The notes under the pieces are model-generated. The model saw only the letters and a list, made by a program, of their open reading frames with translations. It did not search any database and was not told the DNA's origin. The translations under genes were made by a program, and so were the position numbers. A stretch of DNA of 26,432 nucleotides, from the NCBI GenBank assembly GCA_049970495.1, contig JBMFMV010000021.1:1-26432 (forward strand), written 5' to 3'. The stretch is from a bacterium (GTDB lineage Bacteria; DUMJ01). Below, one piece after another: positions 8,441 through 16,889 of this stretch (position 1 is its first letter; each line of letters opens with the position of its first letter).

Positions 8441-9574
8441 TCTCAAATCTTCTATAAATTCCTTAAATTCTCTCCTGTCATTTTCCCATCTCTCGTATAT
8501 CTTTTTCCAATTTCTACCCTCTAATAAATCTTTTTCCGTTTCTCTATCTCCTACGAGTAGGTTTATACTTAATACTTCGTTATACTTCCTGTAAGTAAAG
8601 TGCTCTGGGAATCTTCTAGCCACTATACTTATAAAACTCAGAGCAACTTTTATAAAGTCCGCTTTATAACTCAAAGGAAAGAATTCTAACCCTCTACATA
8701 CTTCGCCTTTATACTTAGAAAATTCTGGTATAAAGTATCTTTTCCTAAAGGCTATATCAGAAAAGTTTTCCCTCTTTAATTCTTCAAAGACTATATCCTC
8801 ATCTATCCATGGAGCACCAATATATTCAAACGGCTTAGTAGTGCCTCTACCTTCAGATATATTAGTAGCCTCTATAAAACACATCCCTGCATAACAAAGA
8901 GTGCTAGAGAAGGTAGGTAAATTAGGGGAAGGAACATTCCATAAAAGACCCGTGTCTGGATAGTACATATCCCTAATCCAATTTTTCATCCTTATTATGC
9001 TTAAGTCCAAATCTAAACCTTTAAGTTTACTATAATACAATGCTAATTCACCAGCCGTTAAACCATACCTTATTGGGAGTTTATACCCTCCAACAAACGA
9101 GTTTAGTTCATCAAGTATCCTAGGACCAATAATCACCTCTCCTGAAAGCGGATTAGGTCTATCCAAAACGACATAAGAAACACCATATTTACTGGCAGAT
9201 TCTAAGGAATATGCTAAGGTATATATAAATGTGTAGAATCTCAAGCCTACATCTTGTATATCATAGACTAGGATATCTATATCCTCTAAATCCTCCTCTG
9301 TTGGCGCCTTTTTATCACCATATAAGCTTACCATCCTTATTCCATATTTAGGGTGAATAGTATCTTTTATCTCCAAACCATCAGCAGCACCAAAGAATCC
9401 ATGCTCAGGGGTAAATATCTTTAAAACTTTAATACCAGCATTTAGCATCAATTCTATGTTTGGCTTCAGGTCAGAAGATATACCTGAATAATTTGTTATT
9501 ATCCCTACCCTCTTTCCTTTTAATACATCGAAGTCGTTACTTCTTAAAACATCTAACCCATAAAGAGTTCTCAT
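8432..9574 (-). CDS. namZ: DUF1343/NamZ-family (GH171) exo-beta-N-acetylmuramidase-like protein, no signal peptide
   Basis: 'GKRVGIITN', 'FTPEHG', 'SLYG', 'YDIQDVGLRFYTFIYT', 'VLDRPNP', 'PSPNLP', 'EATNISEGRGTTKPFE'. Confidence 0.9.
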   Translation of the reverse strand: MRTLYGLDVLRSNDFDVLKGKRVGIITNYSGISSDLKPNIELMLNAGIKVLKIFTPEHGFFGAADGLEIKDTIHPKYGIRMVSLYGDKKAPTEEDLEDIDILVYDIQDVGLRFYTFIYTLAYSLESASKYGVSYVVLDRPNPLSGEVIIGPRILDELNSFVGGYKLPIRYGLTAGELALYYSKLKGLDLDLSIIRMKNWIRDMYYPDTGLLWNVPSPNLPTFSSTLCYAGMCFIEATNISEGRGTTKPFEYIGAPWIDEDIVFEELKRENFSDIAFRKRYFIPEFSKYKGEVCRGLEFFPLSYKADFIKVALSFISIVARRFPEHFTYRKYNEVLSINLLVGDRETEKDLLEGRNWKKIYERWENDRREFKEFIEDLRLY

Positions 9575-11574
9575 TTTCCCTCCTCTATGAATATTAGAGA
9601 CAAAGTATCCTCTGGAAGACTAATCACATTATTTTTAGTCTCATAATTAGTCTTAGAGGAAGAGACTATTCTCACCTTAAACGGAGGATTCAAAGTTCTA
9701 AGCTCCAACTCACCTTTGGCTCTGTTTTTATTCCATATAGGAATCATATACTGTTTATCTCTTTTATATAGCTTTGCCTTGATATTATCACTAGTTCTTA
9801 AACCTAAATCATCTAAAAAAGTTCCTCTAGTAAAGAACTCACCACCAATCATCCTCAAATTTAGAAAATATCTAAGATAATCTTTTAACTCTTCACTATT
9901 ATCAAAAGAGTTATCCACACTGAGATCATATATCCAGGGATACATACCTAATATAAATGCTCTATTGATTATGTCCTTAGATATCATAGAGACAAAAGAG
10001 GGTCTCATAGTCTGATAATTAGGATAAAGCATATCTACTAATATATACTCTGGAAACGTATATCTAAATAACTCAGGATAACTTGTAGACCAGTAAAAGA
10101 ATGTAGACACCAATTGCAAATCGACATATCTACCATATATATCACTACAACCCTCTATAATAAAAACTTTATCCCTATATCTCTTAACTATCTTATCCAA
10201 TAATTCTGTATAACCTTTTATCCAATCTGGTATATCTCCAATCGCAGGAGCCATAGATAGCTCGTCCAGATAAACCCCAGAGACACCATACCCTGCCAAC
10301 CTATCTATAGCGTCAAGGATCAGTCTATGCCACTCTTCCTTAGAAGGATCAGCAACATAAAAATCTAAAGCCCCATACCTCTCTATATGGTTAGTCAAGG
10401 CATTCTTGGGAGCTCTATCCAAGAAAGAAGAATTTACTATCCTAATGTTTATATAGGTAGTGACATATCCACCCTTTTTATTAACCTCCTCTATTTTCTC
10501 TTTAAAAACCTTTTCTCCTCCTAAAAGCTCATCTGGCGTATATAATGGATAACCGTTATCAAAGCCATTTCGATTCCATCCAGCAATAAAAAGATGGTCT
10601 AAAGAGTCTTCTTGAGCCTTCTCAAATAATAAAGGTATATCTCTAAAATTATGTACACTTCTTCCATTCTGGTATCTAAAATCATAATGAGCTACCAACC
10701 CTTTACTTTTTATAAGCCATTCTGGAGTATCCTTTACCCTAGGGAATACACTATTAAACCATTCCCTATACCTCTCAGCTCCCCAATGCCAGTCACCTAA
10801 GTGAATTCCTATACTATATCTAAAAACCTTTTCTTCTCCCCTAGATAACCTGATTCTCTTTCTGAAAGCAAATCCCATCCCAGGATATTCGGGACCGGGG
10901 GTCTCTACCCTCAGATAGGTAAGGGTCTTTTCTTCATCGTAAGAAGCTAAGTAAAAGCCTATTTCTTCGTTATAATAGTCCAACCAAGCCATCGAAAGAG
11001 GACCTGTGTATGGTAATTCCCTTACATAGAGGTCATTTTCTCTTATTGTCCCTACCCCATCGATTATATAGGTATATTTGTAGTCCTGCCAGTCCCAAAG
11101 TATTTTAGAGGGTCTTCTAGTATATTCCTCTACAGGATTTTCTATTCTCTCTCCAGCTATATAGGGATAAACAAGAGAGTTATCTTTCCAAGTGTGACCA
11201 AGATATATGCCAGATATATGTGGAAATATTACATCTAGAATCTCTCGAGAAGATGTATTCTTTATCTTTAAAGTCCATAAACTTTCTGGGTTATTAGGAA
11301 AAATCTCAATAACTAACTCAACATCTATCTGATCTTTGTAAGATATATATAACTTATTATTCTGCCAATAAAACCTAGGTCTTCCTAAAGGGATTTCTCC
11401 ATTCTTATCATCTAAAACTTTTAATATCCACCTATTATAGTGATTTTTTATATAATTCTCACTATTAGACTTATTTATAATCCACCTTAATTTACCATCT
11501 CGTTCAAAGGCAAACTCAAAAAGAGAATTCCCTAAGATTATATAGATATCTTCGAGAAAATAAAGAGCAGGCAT
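9571..11574 (-). CDS. Uncharacterised putative glycoside hydrolase (DUF6259-like; beta-sandwich plus TIM barrel)
   Basis: 'HLGDWHWGAERYREW', 'AGWNRNGFDNGYPLYTPDELLGG', 'TYINIR', 'GVYLDEL', 'IEGCSD', 'PELFRYTFPE'. RBS AAGGAG before ATG 11574. Its TGA overlaps the namZ ATG. Confidence 0.6.
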   Translation of the reverse strand: MPALYFLEDIYIILGNSLFEFAFERDGKLRWIINKSNSENYIKNHYNRWILKVLDDKNGEIPLGRPRFYWQNNKLYISYKDQIDVELVIEIFPNNPESLWTLKIKNTSSREILDVIFPHISGIYLGHTWKDNSLVYPYIAGERIENPVEEYTRRPSKILWDWQDYKYTYIIDGVGTIRENDLYVRELPYTGPLSMAWLDYYNEEIGFYLASYDEEKTLTYLRVETPGPEYPGMGFAFRKRIRLSRGEEKVFRYSIGIHLGDWHWGAERYREWFNSVFPRVKDTPEWLIKSKGLVAHYDFRYQNGRSVHNFRDIPLLFEKAQEDSLDHLFIAGWNRNGFDNGYPLYTPDELLGGEKVFKEKIEEVNKKGGYVTTYINIRIVNSSFLDRAPKNALTNHIERYGALDFYVADPSKEEWHRLILDAIDRLAGYGVSGVYLDELSMAPAIGDIPDWIKGYTELLDKIVKRYRDKVFIIEGCSDIYGRYVDLQLVSTFFYWSTSYPELFRYTFPEYILVDMLYPNYQTMRPSFVSMISKDIINRAFILGMYPWIYDLSVDNSFDNSEELKDYLRYFLNLRMIGGEFFTRGTFLDDLGLRTSDNIKAKLYKRDKQYMIPIWNKNRAKGELELRTLNPPFKVRIVSSSKTNYETKNNVISLPEDTLSLIFIEEGK

Positions 11575-11598
11575 AATCAACTCCTTTCAGAAATATTA

Positions 11599-11620
11599 GG
11601 GGGATACATAAGTATCCCCC
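11599..11620 (-). terminator. Stem-loop after the family-5 SBP gene
   Basis: GGGGGATAC-ataa-GTATCCCCC, a 9-bp stem starting 9 nt downstream of the SBP stop. Confidence 0.65.
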
Positions 11621-11628
11621 ATTTAAGA

Positions 11629-13548
11629 TTAGTCCTTTATGAAATACTGTTCTGGACTAGTATTAGATATCTGGAGTAAGAGCCACTCATAGAAGCTTCT
11701 CTGCGGGACATTTCTAAAATTCTTTCTAACCACTAGAGGCGTTGGAGCTAACCCTACCGTCCCTATACTCCAGACATTCTCTGCGCTTAACTTTATAAGT
11801 TCCTTACCTATCTTGATTCTCTCTGCATCGTCTATAGTCCTCTTGAACCTATCATACATATACATAGCCCTTAATATATCACCGGTAGGCTTTTCTCCAG
11901 TCTTTCCTCTAGAGGAGTACCACTGAGCATATAATGGTGCACCGGTAGTCGTTATCACGGGGAAAATAAATACTGGCTGGATCAGAGGAGTCAGACCCCT
12001 ACCCCATGCCCATACCATTATGTCAAACTCTGTGCTGGCTCTTCTTATATCAAATAAAGCTCTATCCATTGATTTGTATGCAACTTTAAGACCAACTGCA
12101 TTCCAGTATTTAGTAACTAACTCTACCACATCTGGCCAAGGTCCAAATTCCCCTGAGGGTGTAAACTCTATAGTTAGTTGTAAAGGCTTACCATCTGGCC
12201 TTAATCTATAACCATCCTTGTCTCTCCTATTTAGTCCTGCCTTGTCTAGATATTCATTTGCCTTCTTGGGGTCATACTCAGCATATAACTTTTCAAGACC
12301 AGGAGTATAGTAGGGACACTCTGGTACAACTGTAGCCTGTCTAGGCTGTGCTAGTCCTAGGTAACAGAGTTTATTTATCTCGTCACGGTTTATAGCATAG
12401 GATAGACCAATCCTAAAGTTTCTGTTATTAAATAGGGCCTTTAAAACAGGGTCTTTATGGTTTAGATTGGGCATAAAAGCACAGTTTGAACCTAGAGCAG
12501 TAGGCCAGAGAAGGACATTATATCCGCCTTTTACTTCATTCTCTTTTAAAAGTGGATAGTTATTCAGAATTATATGTTTGAATTGGAAATCTAGTTCTCC
12601 AGAGAGAGCCTTAATATTCACTACCTCTGCGTTCTCGACTACACTGGCTGCAATTCTATCTATATAAGGTAACTGGTTACCAGCAGGATCAACCTTCCAG
12701 TAGTAAGGGTTTCTTTCTAAGACATGTACACTTTTACCTGCAAGAGGAGTAGTTACCTTCCAAGCAGAGATCACAGGACAATCAGGGTTTGTATAGAAGT
12801 CTGCTCTATTCCAGAAGAGAGAATACCAGGTACTAAAGCCCATCTCTTTGGCAGTCTTTTCTAACTGCTCTTTTGGAGTATACTTAGGGTGGAACTGCTT
12901 AAGATAGTGCTTAGGATGAATCATTATTGAGAGTGTTCCACTACCTCCACCACCTTGGAAGCACACATTCTCCAAGAAGACAACGTTAGGTTCTTTAAAT
13001 GTAAAACTTACTGTGTAGTCATTTATTTTCTTTACAACCACTGGAGTATCAGCAACTACTAACCAAGATGGAAAAGAAGGAGCAAGTTCCTTGTTCTGTA
13101 AGATGTCTTCATACCAGAACATAATATCATCAGCAGTTAAAGGTTGTCCATCCGACCACTTTAGACCTTTTCTTAGATAGAAGACAAATTCCTTATATGC
13201 CCTCTTTACTTCCCATTTCTCAGTCACATTTGGTATTATCCCATTTCCTGATCTATTCCACTTAACAAGAGGTTCAGCAAATATAGGGACGTATATCGAG
13301 ATATCTCCAGGGCCAAGCATAGCAAATCTCCAAGTTCCTCCGTATTTCCCAATCTCCTCTACTGGTTCTACAACTAACGGATTTTCTGGTAGTCTCTTCT
13401 CTACAGGTGGAAGCTTCCCCTGCTTTACCAGTTCTGCTAACATTGGTGATTCATTGTACTTCTTCTGAGAAAAGCCCACTAGGTTCAAACTTAATACTAA
13501 ACTAAAGATTAAAGTTAAACTGATAAATACTCTAAAAAATCTATTCAC
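11629..13548 (-). CDS. ABC transporter substrate-binding protein, family 5 (OppA/DppA-like, probably oligosaccharide-binding type)
   Basis: 'YNESPMLAELVKQGKLPPVEKRLPENP', 'IGKYGGTW', 'LRKGLKWSDGQPLTADDIMF', 'ERNPYYWKVDPAGNQLPYID'. Start is GTG 13548 after RBS GGAGGAGG. Signal peptide has no lipobox. Confidence 0.9.
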   Translation of the reverse strand: MNRFFRVFISLTLIFSLVLSLNLVGFSQKKYNESPMLAELVKQGKLPPVEKRLPENPLVVEPVEEIGKYGGTWRFAMLGPGDISIYVPIFAEPLVKWNRSGNGIIPNVTEKWEVKRAYKEFVFYLRKGLKWSDGQPLTADDIMFWYEDILQNKELAPSFPSWLVVADTPVVVKKINDYTVSFTFKEPNVVFLENVCFQGGGGSGTLSIMIHPKHYLKQFHPKYTPKEQLEKTAKEMGFSTWYSLFWNRADFYTNPDCPVISAWKVTTPLAGKSVHVLERNPYYWKVDPAGNQLPYIDRIAASVVENAEVVNIKALSGELDFQFKHIILNNYPLLKENEVKGGYNVLLWPTALGSNCAFMPNLNHKDPVLKALFNNRNFRIGLSYAINRDEINKLCYLGLAQPRQATVVPECPYYTPGLEKLYAEYDPKKANEYLDKAGLNRRDKDGYRLRPDGKPLQLTIEFTPSGEFGPWPDVVELVTKYWNAVGLKVAYKSMDRALFDIRRASTEFDIMVWAWGRGLTPLIQPVFIFPVITTTGAPLYAQWYSSRGKTGEKPTGDILRAMYMYDRFKRTIDDAERIKIGKELIKLSAENVWSIGTVGLAPTPLVVRKNFRNVPQRSFYEWLLLQISNTSPEQYFIKD

Positions 13549-13574
13549 TTTAAAACACCTCCTCCAAATAATCT

Positions 13575-13752
13575 TTATATATCTTCGTCTTTTTCTTCTA
13601 GACAAAGCTCTAAGACCTCTTTAAGATTCCTTCTTAGTTCATCAAGACTTTCAGCTTGTGTATAAGCTCCAAAGACTTCGGGAACAATACCAATATAAAG
13701 ATTTGTCTTCGGATTCCATTCTACATAAGCAATATACTTCCTAGTTTTTCAA
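13575..13752 (-). pseudogene. hicB: HicB-family (UPF0150) antitoxin relic, frameshifted just after the start
   Basis: RBS GGAGG, TTG at 13752, an extra A in the A5 run (13745-13749), then TRKYIAYVEWNPKTNLYIGIVPEVFGAYTQAESLDELRRNLKEVLELCLEEKDEDI*. Length is 178 nt (3n+1). Not in the ORF track. Confidence 0.8.
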
Positions 13753-13784
13753 AAACCTCCTCACCTCCTTTTACATCTATCTTG

Positions 13785-13814
13785 AGAATAGCATACTATA
13801 CTTGAATATTCAAG
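13785..13814 (-). promoter_or_regulatory. Promoter for the leftward transcript, with a 14-bp palindrome over the -35
   Basis: Minus strand TTGAAT, 17 bp spacer, TATTCT with TG extension. Perfect palindrome CTTGAATATTCAAG at 13801-13814. Confidence 0.55.
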
Positions 13815-13834
13815 CATATAAAGTCTCCTTCTTA

Positions 13835-13879
13835 TTGACATAGGTAACTTGAGTATGATACTATTTAGATATCTAAATA
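13835..13879 (+). promoter_or_regulatory. Rightward promoter with an 18-bp perfect palindromic operator
   Basis: TTGACA (13835-13840), 18 bp spacer, TG-extended TACTAT (13859-13864). Palindrome TATTTAGATATCTAAATA at 13862-13879 covers the expected start site. Confidence 0.65.
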
Positions 13880-13883
13880 ATCG

Positions 13884-14039
13884 ATGAGATTAAATATGAT
13901 TAGTAAAGAAGAGAGTCTGCATCTCTTATTATGGCAGGTTATAGGACAGCACTTTATAAGGCATGGTTATCACCCATCTAGCATCATCATGTATAGTTCT
14001 AAGAAAGACTTTAAAAAAGAAGGAACTTATGACATCTAA
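13884..14039 (+). pseudogene. Short ORF (51 aa), possible N-terminal remnant of a MarR-family regulator
   Basis: MRLNMISKEESLHLLLWQVIGQHFIRH... resembles, from memory, the first helix of clostridial-type MarR proteins. The rest is not MarR-like. Directly follows the palindrome. Confidence 0.35.
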
Positions 14040-15147
14040 AGAAAGATTGATAAAGGTATTTAATAGAGAAAAACCTGACAGAGTTCCTATATCGTTATAT
14101 GAATTTGATGGACATTATGATTCCTGGATATACAATTATCAAGAATATGTAGAGATCTTAGAGTACGCCAAGGGAAAGACAGACAAGATGTCTCCTTGGA
14201 ATCCAACTGCAGACAAACCGGTACTATTCTATGGAGAAGTATCACCTGAAGATGTTAAAAATTACACTTGGCAAGAGGGAAGTTCTGTATACACTAGAAC
14301 TATAATAAGAACTCCAGAAGGTGAACTTACCACGTTAAAAAGACAGGATGAAGGGGTGCATACTACTTGGACGATAGAGTATCTTTGTAAAGATGCAAAA
14401 GATGCAGAAAGATTATTCTCAATAGAATACTTCCCCTGGAAACCTTCTATCAATTCCTTCTTCAAAAAGATGGAAGAGATTGGAAACTCTGGTATAGTAA
14501 CAGGGGAAATCCCAGATGCTTTATGTCTTACAGTAGAACTCTTTGGTTTCTATAAATTTTTGATGCTATATACAGATAATCGAAGCCTTATCTTTAGACT
14601 TATGGACTTCTTTCAAGAGCGATTATATAACTACCTAGAATATCTATTATCAAATGGTGTAGTTACAGTATATAGAATTTGTGGACCAGAGTATGCAACA
14701 CCTCCTTACCTTTCACCTAGAGAATTCAGGAGTCTAGTTGTTAGATATGATAAAGAGATAATAGAACTTCTACATAAATATGGTAGTAAAGCTAGACTTC
14801 ACTCACATGGAAAAGTGAAAAATGTATTAGAGTTCATTTCAGAGATGAATATTGACGCTATAGACCCATTAGAACCGCCACCAGATGGAGATATTACTTT
14901 GAAAGAAGCTAGAAAGATTCTAGGAGAAAAAGTAGTCTTGATTGGTAATATAGAAGAGCGCCTGTTTGAGGTAGGAACAAAGTCAGAGATAGAAATAGCC
15001 GTAAAGACTGCAATAGAAGAAGGTTCTAATAGTGGTCCATTTATACTCTGTCCAACAGCTATGCCACTTACTACTCCATTAGATAGAAAGATCCAAGAAA
15101 ATATAATTCACTATATAGACTGTAGCATTAAATATGGGAAACTTTAG
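14029..15147 (+). CDS. Uroporphyrinogen decarboxylase / MtaA-CmuA methyltransferase superfamily protein
   Basis: Start MTSKERL...KPDRVP at ATG 14029 after GAAGGA. 'GPEYATPPYLSP', 'HSHG', 'DAIDPLEPPPDGDITL', 'LIGNIE', 'GPFILCPT'. Confidence 0.82.
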   Translation: MTSKERLIKVFNREKPDRVPISLYEFDGHYDSWIYNYQEYVEILEYAKGKTDKMSPWNPTADKPVLFYGEVSPEDVKNYTWQEGSSVYTRTIIRTPEGELTTLKRQDEGVHTTWTIEYLCKDAKDAERLFSIEYFPWKPSINSFFKKMEEIGNSGIVTGEIPDALCLTVELFGFYKFLMLYTDNRSLIFRLMDFFQERLYNYLEYLLSNGVVTVYRICGPEYATPPYLSPREFRSLVVRYDKEIIELLHKYGSKARLHSHGKVKNVLEFISEMNIDAIDPLEPPPDGDITLKEARKILGEKVVLIGNIEERLFEVGTKSEIEIAVKTAIEEGSNSGPFILCPTAMPLTTPLDRKIQENIIHYIDCSIKYGKL

Positions 15148-15585
15148 TTATTCTACAACCACCTCTATTGGAGTAGGATTCAATAGATTATCCGCTATTG
15201 GACAACGGGATTCAACTTCTTTTATAAACTCTTCCTTTTCTTGCTGCGTTAAATCACCGTCAACCTTGACTTTCGCCTTTATTCTATAGAAACCTGCTCT
15301 TGGCTCCTTAGATTTCCCTAAAAGGACATCATAATCTATATCTCCTTCAACTTCTACAGAGAGCCCCTTAACCTTTATCTGTTTCTGTCTAGCTACTATA
15401 AGACCAATGGTTATTATGCAAGAGGCTAGTGAAGCAAAAAGATACTCTAAAGGGGTAGGGCCCTTATTAGTTCCTCCAGATGTCTCAGGCTGATCTACAT
15501 ATACAGTATGTTCACGAGCCTTGACTTCTATCAAATTTCTCTCTACCCATCTACTATTTATCTTAACTGTCTTTACTGTTCCCAT
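15148..15585 (-). CDS. OsmC/Ohr family protein
   Basis: 'DQPETSGGTNKGPTPLEYLFASLASC', 'RCPIADNL'. Likely start MGTVK at 15585. Confidence 0.88.
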   Translation of the reverse strand: MGTVKTVKINSRWVERNLIEVKAREHTVYVDQPETSGGTNKGPTPLEYLFASLASCIITIGLIVARQKQIKVKGLSVEVEGDIDYDVLLGKSKEPRAGFYRIKAKVKVDGDLTQQEKEEFIKEVESRCPIADNLLNPTPIEVVVE

Positions 15586-15637
15586 AATCAGCCTTCTATC
15601 GATAAGTTTTTTAGATTCTAGCATAGATAGGTATGAT

Positions 15638-15681
15638 TTGACAAGTGAGTAATTGACGGTATTCTTTTGTAGGTTTAAAAT
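15638..15681 (+). promoter_or_regulatory. Tandem sigma70-like promoters for the long + strand gene run
   Basis: TTGACA (15638), 16 bp, TATTCT; and TTGACG (15653), 17 bp, TAAAAT (15676-15681). Confidence 0.5.
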
Positions 15682-15690
15682 ATTTTAGGA

Positions 15691-16836
15691 ATGAAAAGAG
15701 ACGGTCCCAGTTTAGAAGATAATAGTGCAAGATTAGATAGAAATATTTTCTACCTTTTTAGCTTCTTCCTCGGATTAGGAGGAGGAACTTTAAGTTTTAT
15801 CATCTACATCATTTCTAGATTTTTTATATTAAAGTCTTGGCGATTTAAGTTCGATATATATCCAGTATTTATAACTATTTCTTTTTTACTTTCTGCTACC
15901 TTTTCTTCACATAGAAATTTCTCTCTAGGAAGCTTTGTTATTTTTCTTTTACTTTACATAACATATCTATTCTTAAGAAAAAAAGAACTTGACAGAGAAG
16001 ATACAACAAAAGTATTAGATTACTTTAACTTCGGAGCAACACTACTAGCATTTGGAGGCATTATTGGATATCTCTACAAAGGGGTCTATGCAGACACTCC
16101 ATTCTTGGGAAAGAATGGTATAGGGACTATTCTTGCAACAGCTATCCCTATAACTCAACTAAGTATTGTATCTAAAAGTGAGATCTATTATCTTATATTC
16201 TTTATCTTTATAACTTCTGGGTTAATATTAAGTATGTCTCAGGGGGCTTGGGTAGGTTTAGCTTTAGGAGAGATACTTCTATTAATCTTTGGTGGTAAAA
16301 AGATAAGAAAAAGTATTGGAGTACTTGCATTATTCACTATTATATCTCTTGCCATCTTCTCTATTCACTCTCTCCTAACTGGAAATAGCCTTCTATCTTT
16401 CTTCCATACAAGATTAGACCTTAATAGTACCTCTAAAATAGAGAGAATTTACATCTGGAAGTCTAGTATAAAAATGTTCCTTGATCATCCTATCACAGGA
16501 ATAGGCATTGGCACCTTTCCTTTAGTGTATCCTAACTACAAACTACCAGAAGCACATGAGGTTTCTATGTCTTTTGCTCACAATCTTATTCTAAACCTTC
16601 TTGTAGAAACAGGAATTTTGGGGTTTTTATCCTTCTTTGCATTTGTAATAAGTTTATATAAGAAGGGACTAAGACTTTATAAAAAGACCCAAGATGACCT
16701 TACTCTAATATTACTTTCATCTCTTACCGCCTATCTTGGACATCAATTATTTGATGGCACAATATGGTCACTTCACATAGGTCTAATATTCTGGTTTATG
16801 GGGGCGATAATATTAAATCTCTGTGAGAAAAGTTAA
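15691..16836 (+). CDS. O-antigen ligase / Wzy_C family membrane protein
   Basis: Multi-TM protein with 'SMSQGAW', 'ERIYIWKSSIKMFLDHPITGIGIGTF', 'AHNLILNLLVETGILG'. Confidence 0.88.
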   Translation: MKRDGPSLEDNSARLDRNIFYLFSFFLGLGGGTLSFIIYIISRFFILKSWRFKFDIYPVFITISFLLSATFSSHRNFSLGSFVIFLLLYITYLFLRKKELDREDTTKVLDYFNFGATLLAFGGIIGYLYKGVYADTPFLGKNGIGTILATAIPITQLSIVSKSEIYYLIFFIFITSGLILSMSQGAWVGLALGEILLLIFGGKKIRKSIGVLALFTIISLAIFSIHSLLTGNSLLSFFHTRLDLNSTSKIERIYIWKSSIKMFLDHPITGIGIGTFPLVYPNYKLPEAHEVSMSFAHNLILNLLVETGILGFLSFFAFVISLYKKGLRLYKKTQDDLTLILLSSLTAYLGHQLFDGTIWSLHIGLIFWFMGAIILNLCEKS

Positions 16837-16889
16837 ACTAACCTGAAAAGCTTATAATATCCCTTTCGAGAGGAGGGTAAATTTGGTCT

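Noticed and set aside
9911..9919. Perfect DnaA box TTATCCACA
   Set aside because: Single copy inside a coding sequence, with no cluster or origin context.
13549..13605. Arg-rich N-terminus MSRRKRRR of the SBP (Tat-like)
   Set aside because: It is an off-frame reading of the hicB relic; RBS GGAGGAGG points to GTG 13548.
13761..13817. 18-aa minus-strand ORF with an AAGGAG RBS (MLEYSSIVCYSQDRCKRR), considered as a leader peptide or HicA
   Set aside because: It overlaps the predicted promoter, lacks the HicA GSH motif and has no other support.
5757..15585. Two OsmC genes as a recent duplication or as island boundaries
   Set aside because: They belong to different subtypes with little visible similarity, and there are no flanking direct repeats.
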